From Ruditapes philippinarum (Eukaryota), in assembly GCF_026571515.1 (NCBI RefSeq), contig NW_026852337.1, positions 1 to 64,000 of the forward strand: a DNA stretch of 64,000 nucleotides. The letters run 5' to 3'. Below are positions 24,921 to 40,000 of the stretch, in pieces (positions within the stretch are counted from its first letter, which is position 1; each line of letters opens with the position of its first letter). The position numbers and the translations under genes were made by a program. The notes under the pieces were generated by a model. The model did not search any database. It saw only the letters and a program-made list of their open reading frames with translations, and was not told the origin of the DNA.

Positions 24921-27154
24921 AAGACGCGCTTAATAAATGAAATAGTTTAATAAAAATATGTAAATGATGAATAATATGATATCTGAATACATTTTTTTCA
25001 ACATGCTGGGTTCTACTTAAATGGAGGAAAAACAAAATACGAAACAAAGGCAGACGTTCAGTATGATTTTGGAACAAATGTGTCACAATACAGCTATGCA
25101 AATTATAAAAAGCGACTTAGCATTCAGAAAACAGTAAAGAAAGTGGTATTTGAAAGTTTACAGGAAGCTGCGAACAATTGGAGAAAATGTCAAAGGAAAC
25201 TATATCAATTATAGTCAATTCAGTTAAATATCTGAGCCATTATTTTCTGGAAATACAATAAAGTACAAAATAAATACTGATGCAACAACACATACACGAG
25301 GTTCTGTTTATTCCTTCATTATGTTGAGAATTTTTAAAAGAAGTGTTTGTTTTGAATTGTGGAGAAACTAACTAAAAAACAGCATACAACAATATATTTA
25401 GCTAAAGTCTTAAAGGTCCATTCCGTTTGCACGCATAGGGAACCAAAATTATGTAGCAAAATGTTTCAAATTGAATAAGTCGTCACATATGGCGTAAAGA
25501 TATTTTTCTCATAGTAATGAAATTGTTATCTTTGATATTTTGGAAATTAAAATTATAGAGGTAACTGTCTGTCTGTCTTTAAAGATATATACGATAATTG
25601 CCTTTTCATACAAAAAATATTTGGCTCATATGTATCATGTTTACCATTATTTTACATAAGTTTAAATTGATATGTCTGACATCACATGATTATCATTATT
25701 GCAACATTTGTGCAGAGTGCTTACTATTACTATAACCGGGTATTGTATTGAGCTAAATAGATATAGGATATTTTAAACTGTACACTCTGGTATATGTGAT
25801 AAACATCCTACGAAAACGAAGTCAAAATTTCACTATAATTCAAGAATGAATAATTCTCACCTCATATTTTAAGATTAAATTCACATTCTGTTAAAACAGT
25901 TTTCTCAGCAAAAATAATTAACCGCTTTTCATAATGTTTTTTTTTACTTGCAGATGACTAATATAACTTACATAAAGAATTCTAATTGGGAGGAAAATAT
26001 TTTAACATTAAAACGCAAACTTTTTGCGAGTAAGATACATTTTTCAATGACATGTTCTCAAAATATTCAACATTCCTGACAAACTACAATATTATACAAA
26101 ATACTAAAAAGACAGAGCGCCATTTGAAACGAGACTATTTAGAGCATGCACGCGATTATTGTTCAAATTATAATTTTTGTCCGTCAATCAATATTTGTTT
26201 TGCATGCATAATGTCATTTGAAATAATGAAATTGTTTTTGGGCAATATGCGATAACAAAACACTTGAAGTCACATACTAGTAGTTCTATTTCGAAAATAG
26301 AATGATTCCATACCTCATAACGGTTCGGACTGTGACATATTAGTATAATATATTCGTATCAGATACATATTAATCACGGCATTATTTGTTTAGTTTTAAA
26401 TGTATTACTTTCTCGAATGATAATTAGTTAAGAAAAGTATAGTTAGATCTGAAACAGCCCTTTTTTTGTAAGCAAAATGAATTATGACTATCATTTTCAT
26501 GGATTAAGAGCATTCTTTCTCATTGTGTGTTGATAAATAAATTCACTACCTTCTTGTTAGACAAAACTGATAGTAATTGGTCATATTTTATCGTTAAGTA
26601 GTCAATCTAATTTTAAGAAAGAATTAACTTATATTATAATTCTTATTTCGTAAATATGTGTTTTGACCTAAATCACATTTAACCAGGATAATGATTAAAA
26701 TAAGGTCAATAATTGTATAATGAATAAAATAATTATTTTTTAGATTAATTGCTTCATCAACAGTTGTTATTATATAATCTAAATATAGCTGCAATCTCGT
26801 TGGTCCAAAGAGTAGTCAACAGAACTTTTTATAAAATCATATTTACGGGGTTTAGTGCTTAATTGGTGTTCCATAGTCTAAAAATAGATTGAGACTAATA
26901 TTCAATGACCATACATCGTAGACTGTTAATTACGCGTGCGCATTAAAAAATAATTGCTGCGTTTTGTTCTTACTTGACTATTATACTGAAAGGCTACACC
27001 GCAATGATGAGTATAAACTTTGATTTATTTTGTATCCGTAGCGATCGCGTAGTCGTTGCACGCTTGACACGTTCGTCTTTTGTCCGATCTTCAACTAATT
27101 AGGCAAAATTGTACATGTACAAGGTTGTTCTTATTATTATCCTATTCATATTAT

Positions 27155-27290
27155 AAAACAATTATTTACTAGTGTACCATTGAATATGATGTGACATTCA
27201 CCGTCAGAAAGTCATTTCGCTTCGATCAATATGTCATCTGCCGGTGAATATCACATCATATTCAACGGCACACTTGTCAATAATTGTATT
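27155..27290. mobile_element. Long-hairpin element end (Crypton-like)
   Basis: acaattattt...ttgaatatgatgtgacattcaccg pairs with cggtgaatatcacatcatattcaa...aataattgt. Confidence 0.55.
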
Positions 27291-27835
27291 GGTTTTCGTA
27301 TTTGTTTAACATCGCACATGCACTATAAATGTCATATTGCTGTTTTTCTCCTTTACTGGTGGAGGGAAAAAATGATTATTTCTTCTCCAAGATTAGTTTA
27401 AAACATGCTTAGAACATGTAAAGATATTTACCATTACCGGATGACATATTCTTTGAAAACGGAAAGTGCTAAGTAATTAATTCTTTTTCTGCTTCTTTAT
27501 AAAGCTCGCTAAATAGGCTATACAGGAATTATGCGACATAGATAATAAGTCTGGACCAGTTGATGACTTCTCCAATGATAATTTTTTTTAAACATCATCG
27601 AAATGAATTAGTTGCATTCGTTTTAAATATGTAATATGAAAAAATTAAATTAATGTAACTGATACATGAAAACAGAAACATAATAAATTCAAACGATTGA
27701 AGTTATGTTCAAATCTTGTGACTATTTTAGTAGCTTCTAACCCTTTTGTAAACTTACTTATTTTCTTCTAGGTGCCTTTTACGATTGTTCTTTGCAGCTG
27801 TAAAATGACACGACTCCCTTGAACATCATTTTTAT

Positions 27836-28030
27836 TTTATGCCCCCACTCTATGGTGGGGGTTCATTTAAATTTGAGTATTTGTAGACTTATTGCCCTTG
27901 ATTTAAAGAAATATTTTAAATTTTCAACTTGTGTTTTGCGTAACTCTAAAAGTATTTGAGTCAGACCTAGAGTCATGACATTTAAGGGACTTTTGGTCAG
28001 CATGTGTAGTTGTGCATCTGGGGTTTTGCT
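27836..28030 (-). mobile_element. HINE/pearl-like remnant
   Basis: Terminal hairpin gcccccactctatggtggggg after a T-run, followed by a core-repeat-like ttattgcccttg...agttgtgcat segment. Confidence 0.6.
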
Positions 28031-29224
28031 TGTTTTTTTAAGCATACTTTAGGATTATAAAATTAAGATTTGAAATCCTTAAAATTGGGAAAAATCAAGA
28101 CGTCAACATTGGAAAAAAATAATGTTGTTTTTATGCCACAAGCCCTCAAGGGTAAGGGGGGTCATTTTGAATGTCATTTTCTGAAAGAAAAACAACAATA
28201 CTGATAGTAATTTAGTATCAAATACTATCAACAGTATGTGTCATTGCATTACAGACATTCAATTGTAAATAGACTTATTCACTTTAGAACCAACTTGCTT
28301 CATATAGAACGTGTGTGCATCAGTAAATTAATCTTTGTTCTAATTAAGTTAAGGCTAATACAACATATGGAAATTAGCTTATGGAGCTGTTGTGCGTATG
28401 TAGACAATCTTTGAAGATAAAAAGATAAACAAACAGACCAGAAGGTATGCGCTTGTTTTCATTCATTATATTTTGTGTTTATCAGCCTGTTGTGTGGATA
28501 AAATCATACATTTTTCTTTAAACCGATAAAACTTGTTATCTTTCATTCTTTATTTTGTTTACCAGACTGCTTCACAAGTTTGATATCTATTATTTATCGT
28601 ACTTTGAATCAAGCATATGTTCTTCGATTTATACAGTAGTTTTACTAAACCAATGCATTCGTAAGTTTCAATGCGCCAGATATCGTTTAAATTTTGAAGT
28701 TATTGTTTTTAAAATGTATCTTAGTATGCTATTGTCTGCTCTCTTAGTTCAATAAGGTGAGCGTTTAAATAAGTAGCAACAACTTCATACTGGGGTTTCC
28801 GCTATCGGTTTAACTGCATTAATTATATATTCGCAGTTGCTTAGAAAGTCTTCTTTTTTTTATTGCGACACTAGATTTACTAGCCACGTTTCATATACAA
28901 CTAATCTAGTTATACTTGTATGAACTATATTTCCATGCTATAAACAAAATATTTCTTTTATGGAAATGGTATTAAAGATGTTGGAATGAACTTTTTGATA
29001 AACACTAATATTCAATTTTATAATGATAGAAATTTTAATTATTCGAAATTATCAACTAGGCAGTAATAATAATGTTATCACAAAAGTTGAAAGATTTAAA
29101 ACAGAAAGTCTTAAACATCGTTTTTTAAATGTACATTTTTTGTATCCAAATGTCATGAATTGTTAAATAGAGAAAAGTAAAGAATACATAATGAACGTAC
29201 AAAACGAAAAATTGAAAATGATGC

Positions 29225-29655
29225 AGACTCGGCTTGTTTGAGCCTGTTCATGGACGATAATGGAATGTGCAAGTTACCGTCTACGCCCCCTAGCACTGAC
29301 TTAAGTAGTATTCAACATTTAATATGAATTGGTAAAATTTGGAATTTTGAAACATCAGCATATGTGTTGATATGGCGGTTTTCTATCAAACTATAATATG
29401 ACACGCTAATACCATTCCATGAAAAGTGGTATAATTATGGTAAATGGAAAAAATGCGTTTGCTCTAAACGACAAAATAATGAGCGGACCTAAATAAATTG
29501 GAATTTTGAAAGTGGATCAGAGGTTATTAACCCTGCATATCACAAACAATACGTCAAGAGACAAATTCAAAAAGCGGATCACATATCCAAAGGGTGATTA
29601 ACAGTATTCAAGTGGGGAATACTGGAATCACCCAACAAAAAAATGGCCGAATGGA
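29225..29655 (+). pseudogene. Cys-rich, possibly Sushi/CCP-like relic, paralog of 5200-5625
   Basis: MCKLPSTPPSTDLSSIQHL...KCVCSKRQNN...WNFESGSEV...TYPKGD. Confidence 0.45.
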
Positions 29656-32600
29656 AAGAAATGAAATACCACAAGCACAACAATAAGGTCGTGCTGAACG
29701 ATCTTTAAGGATCGGAAATATAACATCGCTGATTGAATGTACGGGGCGAGTTTTACAGCCTCCACACAACACAAACAACGCTGATGTGGCGATAAAATAG
29801 AAAGAAATAAAGAATCCCTAAATAAATCTAATTTGCTTAAAAGCTTATTATACAAATGGAATAATGAAAATAGTATAATATAAGCAACTAGTAATGTTTC
29901 ATTTGAAACATTATTATGCCTGCCTTTAAATATAATGATCTTAAATAATATTTGTCTTAATAAAATATTCCGTATAGACAACATACACTGTCTTCCATTA
30001 AAACAAAATTAATACTGCTCAAACACGATCATTGTTAAATTTGTGTTATTTTCCAAAATATGTTCCTTAATATTTAAGTGATCTCAGCTTCTGTATGTTT
30101 TTATCATATGGCAAATTACATCACCTTACTTTTATAAACATTGAAACCACTTCTATGAATTACTTAAAATAATAACATAAAATTTTTATGTAAATCTACT
30201 AAAATATTGAACACTGTTTCAGTTTTCTTTTTTACTAGCTTATGCATTCTGTAAAATATACATGTAATGTAGTTTATGCCCGACGTTAAGCAATGCTCTG
30301 CATATAATTTTATCATAACCATTCATAATATAATTACGCTACTAAAAGATTTTTGTATGTAATTAACCGAATATGTTTACGATAGAAAGGGTTCCAAAAT
30401 GCGTATAGATGTTTAATCAACTATAAACAAATATGTTTATCATGCAGATCTTATTTAGGTGTCAAAATAGGCGTTCGAGAAAGCTTAAAATTTGATTTGT
30501 TAAATCGAAGGTGAAATGAAATATTTCCATATCTTGGCGTGACGTCAATTTTGTTTTTATACAGAAACTAAGAGCTGTGAAACACATTTTGTAAACTCAT
30601 TTTAATTAAAGTCGTTTTCTATAATTGTGATTCATTTTGACAGTCAATAAAAAGGATTTTTTATCCAAATCATTTTAACTGCATATACAATTAAACCGAA
30701 ATATTCAAATCCATCTTTTTATACAGTAGTAAAATGTTTCAATGAATCGATTTCACGCGCAGTAGCATGCGTTTATTAACAATTTATTTCCTTAATTGTT
30801 GCTAAGGCCCGCTTTTAAGTCACATTTCTTAAGAAACAATGTTGATATATGTTTGCATACAATGTGCCGACGTGTATTTAATAATGGGATGTTAAAGATC
30901 CTGTAAGTAAACACAAATTTTTTATGGATTTTTATCATAAATATGATGCTCCAATTAAGATTTATCAATTTGGTAAGTTCCAAAAAGCATTATTAATAAA
31001 GATATTACCGAATTTAACATTTCATGTAAATAAAGGGAGGTAATAAAAATTATTTTCTATTAAGTCTAAGTCAATTTTTTAATAAGAAATGAATGCATAT
31101 ATTTAAATGATTACATATAATAATTATGTACACATATTTGCAGTACATATTTTACATATTCTTCGATGTTTGAAAACTGATATATAAAAAATTATATACA
31201 TATATATAATTTCACTTAAGTGTGGTATACAACCTCAATTACAACATGCAGGATCTTTAAGTGATTAACTTATAAATATAATTATCATTATCACACTTTA
31301 ATTGATCCTTTGCACTTCTTTGTTTGGATTTTTCATTGGTGATATTGCAAGCTATTGTCAACGAATATATTGTCCCCGTGATATAATTATTTTTCTTTTA
31401 TATTGGCAACTTGTGGATGATATTATATTGTATTAAACCCTATTACTTAGAATTTTACGAGAACATACAATTTATCGATATAACACTGATTAACTAATTT
31501 TTAAAAATGTAATTGACTACTGACATAATGATTTATTTAAGAGAATCTAGTAAATCATTGAGTGAATATATAACTTAAAATAAAACAAGACTACTTATAT
31601 CGAGAATTCATATTATTTAATGTACGCAATAAGTGAAAGAATAATCATTTATTTCAATTTATCAGTACTTGTTTTACAGTCGTGACGTTATTTATATAAG
31701 ATTTACCATATAATTTGCCGACAAGATGTGATCATAAAACTCTTTAATAGCACATTGAAGACAAATCGTTCTGTCAAGACAACGGAACGTTCCCATACCT
31801 CAAAACCGTCTGGACTTGCTTATTTTAGTCTGCTATTATCATCATATAAAATTAGTCATGACATACAAGAATAAGTTTGGAATATGATAAAAAACTGTCA
31901 TCACCTTTATAAACTTTGGGGTATTTTTTACCATTAAAAACATTCAGACACACCTAATAATTTATTTTGTTTGAAACGTTATTTATAATATTAAACATAT
32001 AATACTATCTATTTTCATGAATGTTTATCACATTTTAGCTAGGGAAATAATTATATAATGATGTAATGATTGACAATAATTGCATAATGATTAAAAAGTT
32101 AAATCAATTGCCGTCTATTACGATATATTTTTTGATGACTGACAAAGAGCGTTGCAATTAAGTTTCTGGCAATCTCATCTACATGACTCGTATACGTTGT
32201 GCTAAATAGGCTTTATCAGGTTATGCGCCAGGTTACATATTCAATTACTTATAACATTTTAGCGCAAGCAAATCATCATACTAGCTTTATAACAGTCGTC
32301 AAATTACCCTTTCCTGTCCGATGATACTACAGGTTCATTTATAGTAGTAAAATGTGCCTGTGCAAAGTGTTTGGGTTAGGGGTATGGTGTTTGGTGCGGT
32401 GGAGGCAGGCTGATGTTTGCACTTGTTGGTCATGTTTTCTAATTTATTAATTTTGAAATGTATTCATTGTCGACCATACAAACATAAATTGCAAGCATAA
32501 GTGTAATGATTATCCTTAACAGCCATGACAACCGACTACTTTCTCATTAAAAACTATTTTTGTTTGTTTGTTTTCAATAAAACTTGCATTTTATGCCTAG

Positions 32601-33904
32601 TCGTATATTATTTTGTAGAATATATACTATATATGTATATCAATGTACTTTCCTACTTTTTTATTAAAAGTTATGATCAGATTTTCAGTTAGGTAATAGA
32701 TGTATAATTACTATCCCCTGTTGACGCAATATCATACGCATTATGCTTTTTTAACGTTCAGTATGGTGTAATGTCAGATTCAAAATCTTTCCCTTCCCAT
32801 AAAACTTGAAGTCATCTTATTTTAACATAACTGAAGCTTCATACTACAAATTATGCGGTAATAATTTGCGTGTCTTCTTAAATACAGACATTAGACAAAA
32901 TACAGAGAAAACAAGCACTTGATAATCCCTTGATATCATATGTGATTCTCTCTATCTCCCTTTCCTTTATCTTCACTCCGAAAATATATCAGCATTAAAT
33001 TAAACGCATTCGTTTAATGTCATGCAATAAGATTGACAAAGTGGTTATCTTCTGCAAGAACATTTATTTTAAATTGATAGTTTTAGTGATTAATTTAGTG
33101 ACAAATAAACTGCCAAACTTTATATCTGACTTGTGTCGATCGTAGCGCTTTATGATGGCATTTTCAATTCATTTGTATTCATTATTTGAAATATTGTTTT
33201 TGTTCTTCTAAATGAAACGGCAATTATTCTGAGGTCGGTGTTATCGTAATACTATGAATGCTTTGGTGAATATTCTGCAGCAATAAAGTCATGTAAAATT
33301 TATTTATTTAGGAAAAAGATATCACTTCTGAGTGCATTGTTGTTGAATAATGCACAGTTCGAGTTGAAATACGTAGTAATAAAATCCCGAAGGCCTTCTT
33401 TGGAAAAATCTCCGATAGTGTTAAAATAATAAGTATAATTCTGACTTTAACACCTGATGGTATTGTCAGATAATAAAATGTGGCCACAAGTCATTGTGTA
33501 ATTGCGATTAACGTTTCATGATAAACTAAGCTATAGCTTCTTTCATAAGCACATTTCATTTTCAAGTCGTGAAAACGTAAACATTTTAAGCTAATTAATA
33601 ATGAAAAAGTGTAAAAATTCATTTGGTATTACATCAGGTCAAATACATAAGTAAGATATATTAAAGATAGTTAAGAGAACATACAAGACATTCCCTTGAT
33701 AAGCCGTCTGCAACCGATTGCTCGCTAAAAAGACAATAAATTTGTTATTCCCCGATAGTTCTAAAATTGCTTTATTTTCGATAAAAAATGAACACTCATA
33801 CACGACTATTTTTATGTTTAATTTAAGGAAATAGATGTATTATAAGATAAAAGTAAATATAAATGTCTTTTGTTTTTGCTTGTCATACAAAAACCATCAA
33901 AACT

Positions 33905-34090
33905 ACATTATACGCTATTAAGTTTGATTTTTCATTAATATTTAAATTATCCAATGGCAACGTTAATTATAAAAAAATATAAGTAATATGCTACAAACAC
34001 CATTAACACGACATTATAAGCTATTAAGTTTGATTTTTTTATTTATATTGAAATTATCCAATAGCGATGTTAATAATAAAAATATAAGTA
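33905..34090. repeat. Local tandem duplication, ~105-bp period
   Basis: acattata-gctattaagtttgattttt...aaattatccaat...aaatataagtaa occurs twice. Confidence 0.8.
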
Positions 34091-37000
34091 AGTAGCATCG
34101 AGTATGTGTTTTTGTCTTTAACCTGTTGCATCATGATGATGTCGTAATTGCATCAATGACTATTATAATGTGTTGTAGTTAATGACTAAAAATCACTTCC
34201 ATTGCCTATCTGTTTACATACGCAAAAAGCAGAAAATCAGTTCAGAAAAAAGTTTACCCACTTTAATGTTTACCGCTGCTTAAGCCTAATACTGATTTTT
34301 TGCCTGACTTGAAGTATCAGTAGCAAGTATCTACCGATAATCAAGTTATACGTGCATAAAACAGGTTTAATGTGCTATAAACAAAATGTGGTTATCATGA
34401 AAAGGTTATTAAAGGTGTCAGAATCAATATTTTAACGAGATTTAAATTTGCTGGTAGAAAGTTATTTAGATAAAGCTTCTCCACCTAAAATTGAGGAAGT
34501 ATTTATGTTATTATACATAAAATTGACTTTCAAAATTGAAGTTCATTTTGATTATCTAAATGAAAATTGTTTTTTATCTTTATCTAATATTTGACAGGCA
34601 ATTCGTTGTAAATTAAAGAAAAATTACATATAATATGATATACACAGCTTTATGATAATGAAACTGTGTAATCTTCTGTTGGGTTTAATTTTCATTTTAA
34701 GATAAAGATATTGATAATTTTAATTTAAACAGAGATTTTAACATAAAACATGATAAAAATATAAAAAGACATTTGATATAATTCTAATGTTTAAAAACTA
34801 TTTAAGTAGAATGTGCCTTTTAATGCATTAAATTCATCAAAAATAGCACTAACCATGAACACACTTTCATGAAAATAAATTAAAAAGACGATTAAGCTGA
34901 TGCAACAACAGGGTTTCAACAGTGTGTTACTTGCTTTTCAAATATTAAAGGTACATAGCGGTATAGCTGTGAAAGTCATGATATAAATGTCATACATCAC
35001 TGAGGGTGATATAGCAGAATGATCCCTCGAAAAAGATAGTTGTCAACCGACACGTTAACCTAGGTTAAAGTTTTCCTTTCTAAAATGAATATTCCATTCT
35101 TTCACTCTCATTGAAATGAAATGTTTATTTTATTTTACCGTTATAAGCACCTTAAGCGTCTGTATAGGTTACATAACTGTAATTAGAATGGTTAAGTAAT
35201 ATTGAATTTCTATTTGTGTTTTAGTTAATTGTAAAATATCAAATATAGAACAACACTTTGAAAGTAAAAAATATGCATTTTTATTTGTATATATATATAT
35301 GTCTGTATTATTAGATGTGAAAGATACTTTATATTTCACATACTCATTTGATTGAAGAATCATTCTGTGGCAATTTTCCCTTCTGCTTTAATTTAGAAAA
35401 ACAGCGAAAACAAATGTTCTTACAATCTCTTGATGATTTTTGTCTTAAGCACTTTTCTAAAATAACGAACGATGCCAATAACTACCTGATTGATAATCCC
35501 GAAATAACGTCAATAATAATTTAACATTAGTGCAAGGCAACGAGATGGATGGATAAACTGTTAATCTGCTGCAATAACAATTACTTTGCGTTACAAGATT
35601 CGGGAAATATTTTTAAAGCATTTATTTTTCAGACCCTATCCTAAAACTGTAACTTATTTTGAAATTACATAAGAATCATTGTCTATAAAGTAGTCCCAAG
35701 ATAAATCAACATTGCATGTGGATAATCTGCTTTTAAACTGTGTAGGTCTATCAATTATACTATAGTATTCAGGAATATGTATTTGTAACCATGTCGTATA
35801 ATTTGATAGTTTTGGATCATATTAGAAATGAAGTTTTTTAGTGAATCAGTTCGTAATGAAAGGTCCATTTTACCATAAATAAAAATGTCGATAGTAACAT
35901 ATATGGAGCAGAATTAGGGTATTTATTCATTTGACTACTTGTTGTTTTCAGTTGCATAAGTTTAAATCATATTCCTACAAATTTGATTCATCTGTGAGTA
36001 AATCAAAGTTCTTTACTTAAATATTTATTTATTCTTTCTTACTTTGTTTATAGTTATTTATAATTTCTAAAGCCAATGCCAGTACTTCATCTTAATTCGT
36101 TTAATTTAATATTAGATACTAATAAATTACTTTTTGTTTTAAACATGTGCTATTTCTACTTATTTAAAAGAAAGTGTGTTTTCTCAAACTTGTTCTTACA
36201 AATGTATTTGTGCAACTCTTATTCTCATTCGATTCACACTGAAAATAAATTTGTATGTAGAGGCTATAAGAATTGTTGTTATAGAGATTTATCCATATTC
36301 TAACTTTATGAAATTATTAACATTAAACAACCTTAAGCGAAGTAAAACTGACTCATTTCAATAAGAAGAACAGCAGAACAAATAAAAACTAGAAACCACG
36401 AGATTAATATTTGCTTTCTGTATCCTAGCTGTAAAATTCTAGCGCAAAATCTTAGTGACGGGAGATAACTCATGTATCGCTTCGGTATTTTCCGTGAGCA
36501 AAAGGTGTGAGGATACAATGCTACTCGGCAATTTAATCCAAGTTTATAGGTAGCACACCACAAAATTATCGCATGACCGCCACAACTTTCCTTTTGAAGA
36601 TATGCGTTCTCGGTGTTGGAAAAATTTGGGGTGCTCTAAATGAGGTATCAGTACGCTTTGGGGTGCTCTAAATGAGGTATCAGTACACTTTCTCGCGCAT
36701 GCCCAGTTTATTATTTATTTCAAATAATAAAATGAGCATACCTGAAAAAGAGCAAAACAAAACATTACACAATCTACAGAACTTTTTTTTAAATATTTAT
36801 ATATCATCTCGATCTTTTTTTTTCAAAACCTGAAAATGCAGTTATTATAAAAGTGTTGACTCCAGTGGAAAGTAATCGCCATTTTCTGCATGGACAAATC
36901 TGAAACAATGATCAAATTATTCTGTTTTTTTTTACTTTAAACAATGCCTTCGTTTTACATGAGATTTTGACCAGTAAATCATTCAGTAAATCAGTACACG

Positions 37001-40000
37001 TATATGAACACAATATTCTAGCGTAATTATTAAAGGCACATTATGCGTCAGAAATGCTATCATTTTTATTTCTCAAAATTTTAAATATTTGGTGTCTTGT
37101 TACAAGTTTCACAAAAAATACTTATATCTAAATAAATCATTTCCATTGTGTTTATCAATATTTGAAGTGTATATAGAAAATGTATATACTGTAGACCAAC
37201 ATTAATTTGATTTTGTAATATTCAGATATAATGTATAGTCATATAATGTGATAGTTTTGGATCAGATAAAATATAACAAAATATTAAAAATTATAATTCA
37301 TCATATACATATTTGTATAAAATCTCTTAAAAGAACTTTGTCAACATTATAATCAAGATATATTGCTTATGAATATCCAAACGGATCATTTTAATTGTTA
37401 TTATCAGCTTTTGAAATATTTATAGAAAATGTGCCTATTGTAGACCAATCTTTATTTGTTTTTAATTAGTAATAGACAGATAAAATTCAAAGTCTTGAAA
37501 CAATTATCTTGAAAGCCATCTTAAACATGATTAAAATACAGAAAAATGTCATTTATAAGGCTGAAATTGACGATACAATCAAAACAACACTTAAAGTCTC
37601 AATTTACTTCATATATCACGTGTGTGCATCAGAAAAAACCTTTGCAATAATTTAATTAAATCTAATAGAACATATGGAAATTAGCTTCTGTTAAAGTTGT
37701 GCTAATGCAAACTGTCTAGGCAGATAAAAAGTAAATAAACAGACCTGAAGGTATGCGTATGTTATCATTTATTATGTATTGTGTTTGTATTGATTAAGTC
37801 ATACATCAATATTTGTTTTAAACCGATAAAGCTTGTTATCACGCATAATTTCTTTTATTTACCAGACTGCTGCTCCAGTTAAAATACGAAGTTGAGGTTT
37901 TGGAATATTTGTGCCTTGCCTCGAGTTTGTGTGTGTCTCGCACATGCCAGGCAGTTTTACTACACTAATGAGGTCGTTAGTTTCAATGCATCAGATCTTG
38001 TTATTAAGTTATGGTTTCTTTAAAATTAAAATTATCTTTCTACATTAATGTCCCTTCAGCTAAGAACAGTATGGAGAGCATCATATTTGTAGTCTAGCAG
38101 TCACTGGCAAGGCAAACTTTTTGCGTGACCTTTTATCTCGGACACAGTCTAATGGTCGTTTGTCTCCAACCTTAGATTCATTTCTGATTAGAAGTCATAA
38201 ATGTGCGCAAAAACTGGAAATTTCTAGTTAATTATCCAGCAGAGCTGGTTATATGGACTGACCATCCAGACATGATCAAAATATGTGTACATTGGCCTCA
38301 AACAGACAATGTTGAACGTTTATACGATGTATGTAGCATGTACTTTATACATAGGTTTTCGCTATCTGTTTAAACCACATTAATTTTATTTTCGCAGATG
38401 CTTAGAATTTCTCCTGCATTTATAGCCGTACTTGTTTTATTAGCCACTTTTCATATACCACTTTCATACGCTATAAAAACATATAACTTCTTTTATGAAA
38501 ACGGTATTAAAGGGGTAGGATTTCACTTTTTTAATAAGCTAGTGGTTTATTATTTCATAATCAAAGAAATTGTAGTAATTCAAAATACAAGTTAGCAGTA
38601 ATTACCTTATAACACAGAAGATGCGAATTTGAAACAGCATGTACTGATAAACTAAATTAAAGTCGTTTATAAAATAGATCAGGAAAGTTTGTACATGAAA
38701 TGAAATAATGAAAATTAAATTTTTGTTTTCGGTTGAATTTTCTTTGGGAGGTGCAGATTAAGATTAAATTCTTATAAAACTTTATTTTTGCATTCTAAAG
38801 CGAAAGAATATAGTCGATTTTAGAGTATCATCTAATAAATTCTAAAGATTGTTTAACGACGCCATTATGACAGAATGTGTTCTTACAAATTGATTTATTT
38901 AAGTTTTGAAAGCGACAGAAGGACATGTCAAGCGTTTGCGATATACATGTATATTATTTAATTCAGTATATAGATAGAATGTTTAATTTCCAAAAAGAAA
39001 TTATAACATTTCCGATGACTATCGCAGCGGACAGCCGTAGACAACTGTTTTGGTTAGAACGTAAAGGAACTTTTGGTTGCCCGCGGAATCTGTACATTTC
39101 AGCAGGTTAAACTGATAATGGTAGTGTTTAAGCAGATGACAAAGCTCAATTTTAATGTATATTTTTGCAAGAGCTATGGGGAGTAAACGGAAAATGCAAC
39201 CCCGATATGTTGATGTCATGTTAATTCAACGCCGCATGAATCAAACTTGGCGACGTTACAAATATCGGGATTTATTCGCATTACACAAACAAAAATGCTT
39301 CGTTCTAAAAAAAATGTATATCAACTCACCGAAACTGTATGTTGAAGATGCGATAAAGGAGTGTCAACTGTCTGAAGAAAGAAAGAAGTGTCACCTGTCT
39401 GTAGAAAGAAACTAAAAAAAACTAGCCCTAGTGTTCGTTGATATTTATACAATGTAACGATAATTAATATTATGTCACAAACGCAATAAGTGTAAGAATG
39501 AGCAACAGTATTTGTTTAACAGTATTGACGTTATTTATATCAGAATAACCATATAATTTACCGACAAGATGTGATAATAAAACTCATAAATAGCACATCA
39601 GAGACAAATCGTTCTGCCAATACAATGGAACGCTCCCATATATCAGAACTGTCTGGACTTGCACATTTTAGTGAGAAATAATCATCACATATATGTCGTC
39701 ACGATATAACCATTCCTTATGAAAACAAGAATTAGAATATGCTAAGAACCTCTATAAAACACATTCTGTACCATAAAGACCATTCAGACACACTAAAGTG
39801 TTTTGAAAACGTTATCAATAATAATAAATACATATAAGTTTACACCCAGCTCCATGACTGTTGATTACATTTCCTAGGAAATATTAACATAATGATTAGC
39901 AATAGTTGTATAATATTGAATAAATGTTATGTTTAGAATACTCTTAACGTTATAGTTAAAATGTATTCTATGATTATACATGTAGCTCAATGTATGCTTA

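Larger units (their letters stand above)
28365..35880 (+). pseudogene. Higher-order unit 1 of LRR relics
   Basis: YFFYGNGIKDVG (about 28950), HIEDKSFCQDNGTFPYLKTV (about 31752), VWCNVR (about 32761), KLPNFISDL (about 33107), LQSLDDFCLKHFSKIT..DNPEITSI (about 35420-35515). Confidence 0.6.

Noticed and set aside
36626-36690. About 32-bp direct repeat tttggggtgctctaaatgaggtatcagtac
   Set aside because: Only two adjacent copies; a simple local duplication, probably within a TE fragment.
37029-37060. Kolobok-like end ttaaaggcacattatgc (similar at about 25410)
   Set aside because: No matching second TIR found, so not called as an element.
37668-37756. Functional repeated exon ending gacctgaag|gtatg
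   Set aside because: Stops occur in all three frames, and similarity continues past the apparent donor; better explained as a decayed LRR-NT cap.
38398-38595. Secreted peptide gene (acceptor + ATG + signal peptide)
   Set aside because: The hydrophobic stretch aligns with an internal LRR segment of paralogs (AFITSLELLETL, IATLDLLATF), and the ATG is TTG in the 28.8-kb copy.
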